Source: Candidatus Omnitrophota bacterium (GTDB taxonomy: Bacteria; Omnitrophota; Gorgyraeia; Zapsychrales; Zapsychraceae). From it: 64,000 nucleotides of DNA. The DNA lies in contig JACKFK010000007.1 of assembly GCA_020632515.1 (NCBI GenBank), positions 99,607-163,606 of the forward strand. The letters are read 5' to 3'. The notes under the pieces were generated by a model. The model saw only the letters and a program-made list of their open reading frames with translations, searched no databases and was not told where the DNA came from. A program made the position numbers and the translations under genes. Of this stretch, positions 1 to 9,975 are shown piece after piece (the stretch's first letter is position 1; every line of letters starts with the position of its first letter).

Positions 1-375
1 AACACTTTTGGATGAGCTAGGCGGGCCTCCACCTCAGATTATCTGGATCACTTGCGGAAACACATCTAATAATGCTTTAAAAAAAATCTTATCAAAAACC
101 CTTCCAACCGTCCTAACTCTCTTAAAAGATGGAGAATCCATCGTCGAAATACGCGACCAATCTTGAAATGTAAGCCACATTTATCCCGAAAAGAACGCTG
201 GACAAACATTGAACACGCTTTTAAAATAAAGGCTCCTTGGAAAATAAACGGCCGATCTATTTTGATTATTGACGATCTTCTGACAACTGGGGCTACAGTC
301 TCAGCTGCTGCTGAAAATTTAAAACAATCCGGAGCAGCCACTGTCGGGGTATTAACTCCGGCTATTACGCTTTAA
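1..375 (+). pseudogene. comFC: ComFC-like phosphoribosyltransferase, apparently frameshifted. The N-terminal part is in frame 2 and ends at TGA 164-166; the C-terminal PRT motif part is in frame 1 (73/163..375). The gene continues upstream of the window.
   Basis: The frame-1 translation ...HLSRKERWTNIEHAFK...GRSILIIDDLLTTGATVSAAAENLKQSGAATVGVLT matches the ComF C-terminus (SRKER...AF...VLLIDDVxTTGAT...AGA). The frame-2 translation ...LSKTLPTVLTLLKDGESIVEIRDQS* aligns with the ComF segment just N-terminal to that motif. The two frames meet at about 160-180. The PVPLH/RGFNQ motif is degenerate. Confidence 0.4.
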
Positions 376-396
376 AAATTTTATAATTACTGACCA

Positions 397-1482
397 ATGA
401 AAATTATCCGTTCTTACATTTTAAAAGAACTCCTTCTTCCTTTTTGCTTATCATTAGGAATTCTTACTTGCGTCTTCCTTTTAGGAAATCTCATTCAATT
501 AGCCAATTTGGTTATAAATAAAGGCGTCAATCTTGGAACCGTCGGACGCGTATTTCTTCTTTATATTCCTGTATTGCTGGGCTATACACTGCCTATTGCC
601 TGTTTAGTCGGTATCATTGTAACCTTTAGCCGTTTTTCAGCGGATAATGAAATCCTGGCGCTACGCGCCAGCGGAGTCCATCTGGGTAAACTCCTTATTC
701 CTTTATTTATCGTTGGCGTTATCATTAGTTTATTTGCGGTGGTCCTCAACGAACGCATCATTCCTTACGCTCATTATGAACAACAAAAAACATTGAAAAA
801 CCTTGGCGTCAGCAATCCTACCGCGCTTCTTGAAGCCGGCGTTTTTATTAATTCCTTTGATAGCCAAGTCCTCTTTATTCATAAAATCGATGGTAACCAA
901 CTTTATAACATTACCATTTATCAACCACAGGCAGACGGGCCGACTCGAACCATCATTGCCAAACGCGGCGAATTCACGCCAGTTCCGGGGGAAGATAAAA
1001 TCAAACTGAAACTAATGGATGGGACTTCTGATGAACCGAATTTAGAAAATCCAGACAATTTTTACAAACTTAATTTCAAAAATTATTTTATGACTTTGGA
1101 TTTATCCAACAAAAAAGAAAAAATCGAAAAAAAACCAAAGGGCATGACTTTAAAAGAATTAAAAGATGAAATCATCCGGCTGGAAAGACTTTTGGTTGAC
1201 ACCAATCGTCTACAGACTGAATATTTACGAAAAATCACCTGGTCTTTTTCTTCCTTAATTTTTATCATGTTGGGATTCCCTATTGCCGTTATTACACATC
1301 GCCGAGAAAAATCCGCCAATATTGTTCTGGCCATTTTCTGTGCCGCCTTTTATTATTTAATTACTTTAGGCTGTGAAGCTTTAAGCATTAAAGCGATTAT
1401 CCGGCCGGAAATTATTATGTGGCTACCAAACGCGATCGCGGGATTAGCCGCCATCATTCTTAATATCAAATGCGTATCTTAG
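397..1482 (+). CDS. lptF: LPS export ABC permease, LptF/LptG (YjgP/YjgQ) family.
   Basis: 361 aa. It has N-terminal TM helices, a periplasmic beta-jellyroll region and C-terminal TM helices. It overlaps the paralogous downstream gene by 13 nt, the typical lptF-lptG pairing. Confidence 0.7.
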   Translation: MKIIRSYILKELLLPFCLSLGILTCVFLLGNLIQLANLVINKGVNLGTVGRVFLLYIPVLLGYTLPIACLVGIIVTFSRFSADNEILALRASGVHLGKLLIPLFIVGVIISLFAVVLNERIIPYAHYEQQKTLKNLGVSNPTALLEAGVFINSFDSQVLFIHKIDGNQLYNITIYQPQADGPTRTIIAKRGEFTPVPGEDKIKLKLMDGTSDEPNLENPDNFYKLNFKNYFMTLDLSNKKEKIEKKPKGMTLKELKDEIIRLERLLVDTNRLQTEYLRKITWSFSSLIFIMLGFPIAVITHRREKSANIVLAIFCAAFYYLITLGCEALSIKAIIRPEIIMWLPNAIAGLAAIILNIKCVS

Positions 1483-2579
1483 ATCGTTACATCAATTTCA
1501 ATATCATTAAAATATTTACAATCACCGTCTTTGTATTCTGCGGTCTCTATGTACTAATTGATATCACCAGCACCTTAGATGAGATCATCGACAGAAAAAT
1601 CCCTATAAATATATTAATAAAATATTATTTGAATTTCTTTCCGATCATCCTTGTGCAAACAGCCTCTATTGCCTGTTTAATCTCCTCACTCTTAACCTAC
1701 AGTGCTATGAATAATACCAACGAAATCATTGTTATGCGCGCCAGCGGATTAAACTTTTGGCAAGTCGCCCGGCCAGCGTTGATGTTTGCCCTGCTAATTA
1801 CCGCAGTAATCTTTTGTTTGAATGAACGGCTTGTTCCGCAGGCGACTGAAGTGACTAAAGAAATTCGCGACGAAAATATGATTCTAAAAGTCGACCGCGC
1901 GCGTAAGCAGAAAGAAAAGATTAAAAATTTAACTTTTTACGGCCTTAAAAACCGTTTATATTTTATTGACTACTACAGTCCCAACACCTACGAACTCAAT
2001 GGAATCACTATCATTGAACACGATAATCATCAAAATATTGAACAAAAAATTGTCGCGCTTAAAGGCAAATGGACAGGAATTGCCTGGAAATTTTATAACT
2101 GTCAAATCACCACTTATGACTCCACGCAACTCAACAAACCGGATAAAATAAAAGTTTATAAAGAAAAACTCATGGACATTAAAGAAACTCCCGAGGATTT
2201 TTTACGACAAAGACTTAATGTTTCAGCCATGAATATTAAAGAACTGCATGATTACATCGGACGATTTGCTAATAGCGGCGCGAAGAAAGCATTAAGTAAT
2301 TTAAAAGTAGATTTATATCAAAAGTACGCGTTTCCAATTGGAAATTTTGTCATTGTCTTGATTGGACTTCCCTTTGCGCTTTTAGTCCGCAGCCGTAAAG
2401 GCACGACTTTTACTTCGGTAGGAATCGCGGTAGGAATAGGTTTTCTTTATTATGTTGCAAACGCGGTAACTTTAGCTTTTGGGAAAGGGGGGCTTTTCCC
2501 TCCTCTATTATCAGCTTGGGCGGCGCCGATGATTTTTACCGGAATCGCATTGGCCACAATTAAATCAAGATTCTATTAA
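1470..2579 (+). CDS. lptG: LPS export ABC permease, LptF/LptG family (second paralog).
   Basis: 369 aa with the same architecture as the upstream ORF. It is translationally coupled to it by overlap. Confidence 0.7.
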   Translation: MRILDRYINFNIIKIFTITVFVFCGLYVLIDITSTLDEIIDRKIPINILIKYYLNFFPIILVQTASIACLISSLLTYSAMNNTNEIIVMRASGLNFWQVARPALMFALLITAVIFCLNERLVPQATEVTKEIRDENMILKVDRARKQKEKIKNLTFYGLKNRLYFIDYYSPNTYELNGITIIEHDNHQNIEQKIVALKGKWTGIAWKFYNCQITTYDSTQLNKPDKIKVYKEKLMDIKETPEDFLRQRLNVSAMNIKELHDYIGRFANSGAKKALSNLKVDLYQKYAFPIGNFVIVLIGLPFALLVRSRKGTTFTSVGIAVGIGFLYYVANAVTLAFGKGGLFPPLLSAWAAPMIFTGIALATIKSRFY

Positions 2580-2587
2580 CATTAAAT

Positions 2588-3748
2588 TTACACATACTCT
2601 CGGGCTAACCTGTTTCCTAAATTACAAACAATTTCATAATTAATCGTTCCTGCTAATCGCGCTAATTCATCTGCTGCAACTTCCTCTTTCCCCTCGCGGC
2701 CTAAAATTGTTACTGGCATACCCAACTGCAAGTTAGGAACTTTAGAAACATCCACAACAATTTGATCCATAGTCACGGCTCCCAATATTGGACAACGTTG
2801 ACCTTTGATTAGAACATCCCCTTTATTGGAAAGGAGGCGTGAATATCCGTCGCTGTAACCAATAGGCAAAGTTGCGACCTTCATAGATTGACGCGCGATA
2901 AATTTCCGCCCGTAGCTAATGCTCCGTCCCTTTTCGATATTTTTTAAAAAAATGATCCGGGATTTAATACTCATCACAGGTTTTAAATGAATCTTTGTTT
3001 TTAACTTATCCTGCGGATAAAGACCGTAAAGCATCAACCCTGGCCGGACCAAGTTTAGTACATGTGTTTTGTAGCCGGCAAGCCCCATACTATTTGCCGC
3101 GTGAATAAATGGAATAACAATGCCGGATTTATCCAGACGCAGAATAAGATTATAAAAAGTCTGAATCTGTTCACGCGTAAAAGCATGGTTCGTATCCGCC
3201 GCTGGGAAATGCGTGTATAACCCATGGATTGTCAAATTCCTTAACTGATGAATACGTCCAATAAATTCATAGGCTTGTTGATGCCAAACACCTAACCGTC
3301 CCATACCAGTATCCACTTTGATATGAATGGAGCAACGTCGATTTAATTTCTTAGCGCGTTGTTGTAACGCCAAAGCCAACTCATATGTACAAATTGTTGG
3401 TGTTAATTGATATTGAAAGATTTCCTTCACAAACTCATTAAGCGTGCTTTCTAAAAGCAAAATTGGACGCTTAATCCCGCTCTTTCTAAGCTTAATTCCT
3501 TCCGCCACATCAGAAACAGCAAAATAATCAATACCCTCTTTTTGCAGCAATAAACCAATTTGCTCAGCCCCATGCCCGTAAGCGTCGGCCTTAATCACCG
3601 CGAGAATCTGGGAATGGCTGTATGAATATTTTTTGGAATTTCGACGGGTGGGCAGATAAAATTTATTCTTTTTGGCCAGAACCCTTAAACAGCGGACATT
3701 ATGTTCAACAGCTTTTAAATTAATCTCAACCCAGGTGAGTTTATTCAT
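2588..3748 (-). CDS. alr: Alanine racemase.
   Basis: PLP-lysine motif AVIKADAYGHG. C-terminal beta-domain motifs (VSMDQ-like TMDQIVVDV) are present. 386 aa with an approximately 20-aa N-terminal insertion. Confidence 0.8.
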   Translation of the reverse strand: MNKLTWVEINLKAVEHNVRCLRVLAKKNKFYLPTRRNSKKYSYSHSQILAVIKADAYGHGAEQIGLLLQKEGIDYFAVSDVAEGIKLRKSGIKRPILLLESTLNEFVKEIFQYQLTPTICTYELALALQQRAKKLNRRCSIHIKVDTGMGRLGVWHQQAYEFIGRIHQLRNLTIHGLYTHFPAADTNHAFTREQIQTFYNLILRLDKSGIVIPFIHAANSMGLAGYKTHVLNLVRPGLMLYGLYPQDKLKTKIHLKPVMSIKSRIIFLKNIEKGRSISYGRKFIARQSMKVATLPIGYSDGYSRLLSNKGDVLIKGQRCPILGAVTMDQIVVDVSKVPNLQLGMPVTILGREGKEEVAADELARLAGTINYEIVCNLGNRLAREYV

Positions 3749-3754
3749 AGAATA

Positions 3755-4453
3755 TTAAACGTTTTTACGCACTTGACAATCTTCAGGATATAAATAGATC
3801 GGAATCAAATTTTCCGCGACATCTGTTTTTTTCTCACGAAACTTTTGAATAACTGATTCTATCATTAAACGAGCCTGCGGGTATTGATATTTTTCTTGCG
3901 CGAATTGAAAACTAATCTTATCCTTTTTTTGAGAAAGAATTTGTGACTTGTAAATCTTCACAGCATCGCCAACAAAGATAACATCATAAGTAATTTCCTG
4001 ACAGACTTGATCAATACTGCCTAAACGATACGGCACTACTTTTGTCAATTGCCCATTAACTTTCTTAAATACGGCCCAATAAACCAGATTCCGCCGAGCA
4101 TCAGTAATCACACAGATATGCTGATCTTTATCGCTAGATTTGATTCCATTAGCAATGATATCTAAACTTGATATTCCAATAACAGGTTTGTTATTAGCAA
4201 AGGCTAAACCTTTAAGCGTGGCCAGTCCAACCCGTAATCCGGTAAATGACCCCGGGCCGAGCCCCACCGCAAAACCGTCAATCTTATCCAAAGATAAGTG
4301 TACATTATTTAACACCTTATCAATATTGGCAATAATCGACGTGGAAAGCGATTTATTTGCTGGAAAATTTCGATAAGTCAAAACAGTTCCATTTCTGGCA
4401 ACTGCCAAACTTAATTTAGTTGAAGATGTATCCATAGCAAGAATGTTCATCAT
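3755..4453 (-). CDS. tsaB: tRNA t6A37 threonylcarbamoyladenosine biosynthesis protein TsaB (YeaZ).
   Basis: N-terminal ILAMDTSSTKLSLAV Kae1/YeaZ fold motif. It lies adjacent to tsaE. Confidence 0.75.
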   Translation of the reverse strand: MMNILAMDTSSTKLSLAVARNGTVLTYRNFPANKSLSTSIIANIDKVLNNVHLSLDKIDGFAVGLGPGSFTGLRVGLATLKGLAFANNKPVIGISSLDIIANGIKSSDKDQHICVITDARRNLVYWAVFKKVNGQLTKVVPYRLGSIDQVCQEITYDVIFVGDAVKIYKSQILSQKKDKISFQFAQEKYQYPQARLMIESVIQKFREKKTDVAENLIPIYLYPEDCQVRKNV

Positions 4454-4455
4454 AC

Positions 4456-4941
4456 TTATGGTCCTTTAATTTTATACAAACAAGCCATTTTTGCGACATA
4501 ATCCTGATATCGTTTTCCCACACCTATAATTTTAATACACCGGCTTTCATCTTTTTGATGCTTTAATTCTATCTTTAAATATTCCTGCGGCATTAAATCC
4601 CCTAATTTCTCAGCCCATTCAATTGCTGCTATTCCATCGCCATATAAATATTCTTCGTATCCCAGTAAAGCGATTTCCTTTAAGTCATCTAGACGGTACA
4701 AATCAAAATGATATAACGGCTTCTTCCCTTCATAAGTGTTCATCAGAACAAATGTTGGACTTTGTACTTTCTCCGGCGAAATTTTTAATCCGCTGGCAAT
4801 AGATTTAACCAAAGCTGTTTTTCCTGCTCCAAGATCCCCTAATAAACATACGATGTCACCCGCCTGCAACAGTTTAGCCAAATGTTTACCAAGAACTTGT
4901 GTTGCTTCGATATTTTTTGAGATAATCACAATATTTTTCAT
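4456..4941 (-). CDS. tsaE: tRNA t6A37 biosynthesis ATPase TsaE (YjeE).
   Basis: P-loop GDLGAGKT and 161 aa, the typical YjeE size and motif. Confidence 0.85.
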   Translation of the reverse strand: MKNIVIISKNIEATQVLGKHLAKLLQAGDIVCLLGDLGAGKTALVKSIASGLKISPEKVQSPTFVLMNTYEGKKPLYHFDLYRLDDLKEIALLGYEEYLYGDGIAAIEWAEKLGDLMPQEYLKIELKHQKDESRCIKIIGVGKRYQDYVAKMACLYKIKGP

Positions 4942-4945
4942 AACT

Positions 4946-5854
4946 TTAAAAATGTTTAAATCCTTTTAAGGGCATCTTCGTGTGTTGTTGTCTAGAATCC
5001 AGCAACATCAATCCATTTTCTTGATTACATATCTGTCCGACCAATTGAAATTGATTCTTTTGTGCAAATCTTAAAGCTGTTGTTGTTAAGTTTCTTTTGG
5101 GCACCGTAAAAAGCAGTTCAAAATCTTCCCCTTCATATAATGCTTGTTTTATTTTTGCGTTTACTCGCAAAGGGATTTTCTTTTCTTCTAATATCGCGCC
5201 AACTTTACTCGCTTTCATAATATGCCCTAAATCTGCAGCCAACCCGTCAGAAATATCAATCATTGCTGAAGGTTTAAGATATTTAACAATTAATTGAGCT
5301 TCTTGCTGACGAGGCATAAACCGCAGATGATGCCCACTCTGAAAAGAGTTTCCTAGTTTTCCTGTAACAAAAATCTGATCCCCTGCTTTAGCTCCGGAGC
5401 GCGCCACTAAATTTTTCTTTTCAACTTCGCCTGTTAAAGCAATATTAATAACAATCTTCGAACTTTTAACAGTATCTCCACCGACAATCTGGACGTCAAA
5501 CCTTTGCGCTAATTTGTTTATTCCCCGGTAAATGTTCGTGACGAATTTAACATCTAACTGCGCAGAAACTCCCAGTGAAACAAGCGCGTATTTTGCGCGT
5601 CCTCCCATGGCTGCCACGTCGCTAATATTGCATGCTAACGCTTTATGACCAATTTCCTGCGCCGACATTGATCGTGTAAAATGGACATCCTCCATCAACA
5701 TATCCGTCGTTAATAAAAGATATTTATTTTGAGTAAAACTGACAACAGCCGTATCGTCACCAATGCCTTTTATAACGTCTTTGGCTGCCGATTGTCGTTT
5801 TCGAATTTCTTCAATTAAACCGAATTCACCTATTTGGGAAAGTTTTCTAAACAT
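4946..5854 (-). CDS. thiL: Thiamine-monophosphate kinase.
   Basis: AIR-synthase-related fold with the GIGDDTAVV motif. 302 aa. Confidence 0.75.
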   Translation of the reverse strand: MFRKLSQIGEFGLIEEIRKRQSAAKDVIKGIGDDTAVVSFTQNKYLLLTTDMLMEDVHFTRSMSAQEIGHKALACNISDVAAMGGRAKYALVSLGVSAQLDVKFVTNIYRGINKLAQRFDVQIVGGDTVKSSKIVINIALTGEVEKKNLVARSGAKAGDQIFVTGKLGNSFQSGHHLRFMPRQQEAQLIVKYLKPSAMIDISDGLAADLGHIMKASKVGAILEEKKIPLRVNAKIKQALYEGEDFELLFTVPKRNLTTTALRFAQKNQFQLVGQICNQENGLMLLDSRQQHTKMPLKGFKHF

Positions 5855-5884
5855 TTAAGAACTGTGAATTCAAATTCCGTTCTC

Positions 5885-6940
5885 TCACTTTATCTTTACG
5901 GATTTTATCGTTGCTTTAATATTTTTTACAAACGGTGGCCGGATAATCCCCTGCTCTGTGACAATCGCAGAAATAAGTTTGGCCTCGGTTACGTCAAAGG
6001 CTGGATTAAAAACTTTAACATTCTGTGGAGCTGTTTGAATACTACGGAAATTGATAACCTCATCTGAACCGCGCTGTTCAATAGGAATCTGTTTTCCTGA
6101 AGAAATGTTCAGATCAAATGTGGAAAACGGCGCGACCACGTAAAAAGGAATATTATGAAACTTCGCGAGAACCGCTAAATTATAAGTTCCAATCTTATTA
6201 GCGGTATCACCGTTGGCGGCAATCCGATCTGCACCGGTAAAAACCGCATCAATTTTTTGATCCCTCATCAGTCCAGCTGCCATACTATCGCAAATTAATG
6301 TTGTGTCAATCTTCGCGCGCATCAATTCCCACGTTGTTAAACGCGCGCCTTGTAATAGTGGGCGGGTTTCACACGCGTAAACTTTAAATTTCTTATTCAA
6401 CCGCTTAGCGCTGTACATTACACCCAACGCGGTTCCATAATCCACCGTGGCTAAAGCTCCCGCATTACAAATTGTCATAATACGACTGTTCGCCTTGATT
6501 AACTCAGCTCCATGATCGCCCATGGCCCGACATACTTTTCGATCATATTCATAAATGGCCAATGCTTCGCTTTTTAATAATTGTTTTAAATTCTCAACAC
6601 TCTCTCCGGCATGACGCTGCAAAACATTCTTCATTTGATCTAAAGCATTGAATAAATTAACAGCGGTTGGCCTTGATGTAGCCAAATAATCACATACCTT
6701 ATTAACATGTTGGATAAATTTACGTGAATCTTTTCCTTTAAACGTTTTTATTCCTAACAGGACACCAAAACCCGCAGCCACACCAATCGCCGGTGCCCCG
6801 CGTACCGACAATCGTTTAATCGCAGCCCACAATGTTTTCACATCACGGCAAATGATAAACTCTAATTTATTCGGCAGTTTGGTTTGATCAATTAATTTAA
6901 CATAACCGTTTTGCCAGCAGATGGTAGGTAATGTCATCAT
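5885..6940 (-). CDS. mtnA: Methylthioribose-1-phosphate isomerase, of the eIF-2B alpha/beta/delta family.
   Basis: 351 aa. N-terminal ...WQNGYVKLIDQTKLP...RGAPAIGVAAGFG is typical of MtnA/eIF2B-like isomerases. Confidence 0.7.
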   Translation of the reverse strand: MMTLPTICWQNGYVKLIDQTKLPNKLEFIICRDVKTLWAAIKRLSVRGAPAIGVAAGFGVLLGIKTFKGKDSRKFIQHVNKVCDYLATSRPTAVNLFNALDQMKNVLQRHAGESVENLKQLLKSEALAIYEYDRKVCRAMGDHGAELIKANSRIMTICNAGALATVDYGTALGVMYSAKRLNKKFKVYACETRPLLQGARLTTWELMRAKIDTTLICDSMAAGLMRDQKIDAVFTGADRIAANGDTANKIGTYNLAVLAKFHNIPFYVVAPFSTFDLNISSGKQIPIEQRGSDEVINFRSIQTAPQNVKVFNPAFDVTEAKLISAIVTEQGIIRPPFVKNIKATIKSVKIK

Positions 6941-6953
6941 TTATTTAAACTTC

Positions 6954-7358
6954 TTAAATATTATCCAATTTCAATATTATCTTTTTGATTTCTGTGACAT
7001 ATTGTTTATTAATTCGTTGAAAAATTTCATCGGCTTTAACTTTTGAGTAAACATGTGTCGTTTCATTACGATCTTCTAACATCTTTAAAAACACTTGTTC
7101 TTCTAAAATCCATCCAAGTCGAAAAGCTTCCTTAAGAGTTTCTCTAGGTGATTTTGTTAGAACGCCTTCTTTGTGAAGATAAATCCTTAACGCTTTCCAC
7201 ATCAGCTCAAATGTGAATTCAAACCGTTGAATAACACCATCCTTATCTAACTGATCTTTCGCATTCATACATCCTTCTTCCAAACTTTGAAAAGCATCCT
7301 TTAAATTAATCAATACTTTCTCTAATTCATTTTTCATAAATAACCTTCCCCGTTTCAA
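6954..7358 (-). CDS. hepT: HEPN-domain toxin (nucleotidyltransferase substrate-binding protein, HI0074/HepT-like). The true start is probably the internal Met at 7337.
   Basis: All-helical protein of about 127 aa with the Rx4-6H catalytic motif (EDRNETTHV). It is encoded immediately downstream of, and overlapping, the MNT gene. Confidence 0.7.
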   Translation of the reverse strand: MKRGRLFMKNELEKVLINLKDAFQSLEEGCMNAKDQLDKDGVIQRFEFTFELMWKALRIYLHKEGVLTKSPRETLKEAFRLGWILEEQVFLKMLEDRNETTHVYSKVKADEIFQRINKQYVTEIKKIILKLDNI

Positions 7359-7623
7359 AGATTATATTCTTGAAATCTTCATCAGCTTTATTTAAATAAA
7401 CAACATCTATTTTATAAAGCCCGCAAACATCTTCTATCTTATCTTTCATTTTTCTCTCTATTGAAAAATCGATTTCTTCACATTCCACTGCAAAATCAAA
7501 ATCAGAAGAAAATTCTGCTGTCCCTTTTGCCCGTGATCCAAACAAAATTATCTTCGAAGGATTGAGATATTCTTTTAGAATCTTAACAACTCCATCATAG
7601 ATTTCTTGTTCTCGCTTCGTCAT
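7327..7623 (-). CDS. mntA: Minimal nucleotidyltransferase (MNT) antitoxin, MntA-like.
   Basis: 98 aa. It carries the GSRAKG (GS motif) and DFDFAVE (DxD) polymerase-beta nucleotidyltransferase signature. Confidence 0.8.
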   Translation of the reverse strand: MTKREQEIYDGVVKILKEYLNPSKIILFGSRAKGTAEFSSDFDFAVECEEIDFSIERKMKDKIEDVCGLYKIDVVYLNKADEDFKNIIFETGKVIYEK

Positions 7624-7626
7624 ATT

Positions 7627-9135
7627 TCACGTCTTTTCAATCTCAATCCGCGGAAAAAGGGCTTCGTGTGCTTGAAGTTTTGTTCCAGGTTTTAATCCTC
7701 CCCAACTCACGTTGGTTCCTTGCGCGCCCAAAACCGCAAGAACTTTTCCTGAACGGGATGGAATAACAGGAAATAGATGCACCGCACTGACGCGTAACGC
7801 CTCAGCCGTAACATATAAAATAGTTCCCGTACGTTCTAAATCCTCTTTAACAGTTTTCCAGGGAGCTTGAAGTTCTAAATATTTATTAACCTGCCGGACT
7901 AATATCAACACTTCCTCAATCGCTTCATTAACATGAAAATCATTCACTAAGTTTGCAACTTTTTCCTTTAACGCGCTGGCAACTTTCTTAACTTCACAAT
8001 CTTCTGGCGTTAATTCCTTTACTTCAGGGATACATCCGTCGAAATATTTACCGATCAAACCACTGACACGGTTAAGTAAATTCCCAAAATCATTGGCTAA
8101 ATCACTATTGTAACGTTTAATAAATGACTCGATCGTGAAACTCGCGTCTTGGCCCAGCACCATTTCTCGCATCAAATAGTAGCGCACAGGATCAACCCCA
8201 TATTCATCGATCAAATCTAAAGGATTCACAATATTACCTAACGACTTACTCATTTTTGTCTCACCGGTCAACCACCATCCATGAGCAAAAATCGTCTTCG
8301 GCAATGGTAACTTTAACGAAAAAAGCATGGTCGTCCAATAAACACAATGTGTTGTTAAGATATCTTTCCCGATCAATTGGACACTGGCCGGCCACCACTG
8401 CTGAAATTTATTTTCATCTCCGGAATAACCAATCGCAGAAATATAATTAATAAGCGCGTCAAACCAAACATATGTCACATAATCTTTATCAAAAGGAATT
8501 TCAATTCCCCAATTAAGCCGTGATTTTGGACGAGAAATGCATAAATCCCCTAAAGGTTGACGGAGAAATCCTAAAATTTCATTACGGCGATGCTGCGGCT
8601 GGATAAATTCAGGATGATCATTAATATAATCAATCAGCTGCTGCTGATATTTACTCATCTTAAAAAACCAATTACGTTCTTTAAGATTCTTAATGTCACG
8701 GAATTCTCCGGAATCTTTTTCTGTTTCAGTAATAAATCGTTCCTCGGAAACCGAATACCAGCCTTCATACTCATCCATGTAAATATCACCTGCATCGTAA
8801 ACTTTCTGCAAAATCGTTTGAACAACTTTAATATGACGAGACTGAGTTGTTCGGATGAAATCGTCGTACTGAATTTCCAATTTTTCCCAAAGCTGTAAAA
8901 AACGGGGGGCCAAATCATTACAATGATCGAGTGGCGACAACCCTCTTTTTTCAGCGGCCTGCTGCACTTTCTGCCCATGTTCATCAAGTCCAGTTAGAAA
9001 AAAAGCTTCTTCGCCATTACCTCGATGAAACCGCGTTAAGACATCAGCTAAAATAGTTGTATACGCATGCCCGATATGCGGTTTATCATTTACGTAATAA
9101 ATTGGTGTGGTGACATAAAACTTTTGTGTATTCAT
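7627..9135 (-). CDS. metG: Methionyl-tRNA synthetase (short form lacking the C-terminal tRNA-binding domain).
   Basis: HIGH motif (PHIGHAY) and KMSKS motif are both present. 502 aa. Confidence 0.9.
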   Translation of the reverse strand: MNTQKFYVTTPIYYVNDKPHIGHAYTTILADVLTRFHRGNGEEAFFLTGLDEHGQKVQQAAEKRGLSPLDHCNDLAPRFLQLWEKLEIQYDDFIRTTQSRHIKVVQTILQKVYDAGDIYMDEYEGWYSVSEERFITETEKDSGEFRDIKNLKERNWFFKMSKYQQQLIDYINDHPEFIQPQHRRNEILGFLRQPLGDLCISRPKSRLNWGIEIPFDKDYVTYVWFDALINYISAIGYSGDENKFQQWWPASVQLIGKDILTTHCVYWTTMLFSLKLPLPKTIFAHGWWLTGETKMSKSLGNIVNPLDLIDEYGVDPVRYYLMREMVLGQDASFTIESFIKRYNSDLANDFGNLLNRVSGLIGKYFDGCIPEVKELTPEDCEVKKVASALKEKVANLVNDFHVNEAIEEVLILVRQVNKYLELQAPWKTVKEDLERTGTILYVTAEALRVSAVHLFPVIPSRSGKVLAVLGAQGTNVSWGGLKPGTKLQAHEALFPRIEIEKT

Positions 9136-9177
9136 TGAAATATTGAATGATTTCTTGTTGAAAAGATTAATTGATGA

Positions 9178-9975
9178 TTAATTCTTGCTAGGCATGGGAA
9201 CATATGTCTTTAGCACACGACCTTCTTCTAACTCCACACTGACCAGACGCTTTAAAATATTCACGTCAATTACCCGCCCCTTACCTTCGTCTGTACTGAA
9301 TTTATCACCAACGTGCGGTAAGGCTTTAGAAAATTCTTTATAAACCACAAACTCATATGCCATGCAGCATTTGATCCGTCCGCAAACCCCAGAAATCCGT
9401 GAAGGATTAAGAGGCAACCCTTGTTCTTTCGCCATCTTAATAGACAACGGATGAAAAGATTTCATGTATGACGCACAACACAATTCACGACCACAAACAC
9501 CATAGCCGCTGACAATCTTTGCTTTATCTCGCACCCCGATTTGTTTTAACTCGATGCGGACACGGAAAACTCGGGCTAAGTCTTTCACCAGATTTCTAAA
9601 ATCAACCCGGCCATCGGCGGTAAAAAAGAAAATAACTTTACTGCTGTCAAACGTGTATTCGGCTTTAACAATTTGCATATGTAATTTTCTATCAGTTATC
9701 TTACGCATGCAGATATTCAAAGCGTCCTTGGCTTTTTGCGTATTATTCTCAATCTGTTTTATATCGCCTTCAGTTGCTTTACGGATAATTTTTCCATTAA
9801 CACCGTCTGTTTTTCCTTTGCACACCGCATTCACATCGGATACAACTTGTCCAAACTCTGAGCCACGATCAACTTCCAAAATCACATGATCACCACGATC
9901 ACACTGCACATCATTTAAATCGTACCACTCCACAGCCCGATACTCACCTAACCGCACTTGAATTAGTTTACCCAT
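9178..9975 (-). CDS. ricT: PSP1 C-terminal domain protein (RicT/YaaT-like).
   Basis: Conserved PSP1 domain with a Cys-rich segment (CGRELCCASY...CGRIKCC). It sits next to holB and tmk, as yaaT does in Bacillus. Confidence 0.8.
   Translation of the reverse strand: MGKLIQVRLGEYRAVEWYDLNDVQCDRGDHVILEVDRGSEFGQVVSDVNAVCKGKTDGVNGKIIRKATEGDIKQIENNTQKAKDALNICMRKITDRKLHMQIVKAEYTFDSSKVIFFFTADGRVDFRNLVKDLARVFRVRIELKQIGVRDKAKIVSGYGVCGRELCCASYMKSFHPLSIKMAKEQGLPLNPSRISGVCGRIKCCMAYEFVVYKEFSKALPHVGDKFSTDEGKGRVIDVNILKRLVSVELEEGRVLKTYVPMPSKN

Noticed and set aside
66-341. 91-aa minus-strand ORF at the window start.
   Set aside because: It is antisense to the comFC-like coding sequence and has no recognisable domains. 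It is most likely spurious, like the many other short antisense ORFs in the track (for example 34671..35036 inside bamA and 20779..21096 inside clpC).
9136-9177. T-box or riboswitch leaders upstream of metG, cysS, lysS or hisG.
   Set aside because: The upstream spacers are too short (42 nt for metG, overlap for cysS, about 45 nt of UTR for lysS). No T-box consensus (AATTAGGGTGGTACCGCG) is present in the hisG/ppiD spacer.
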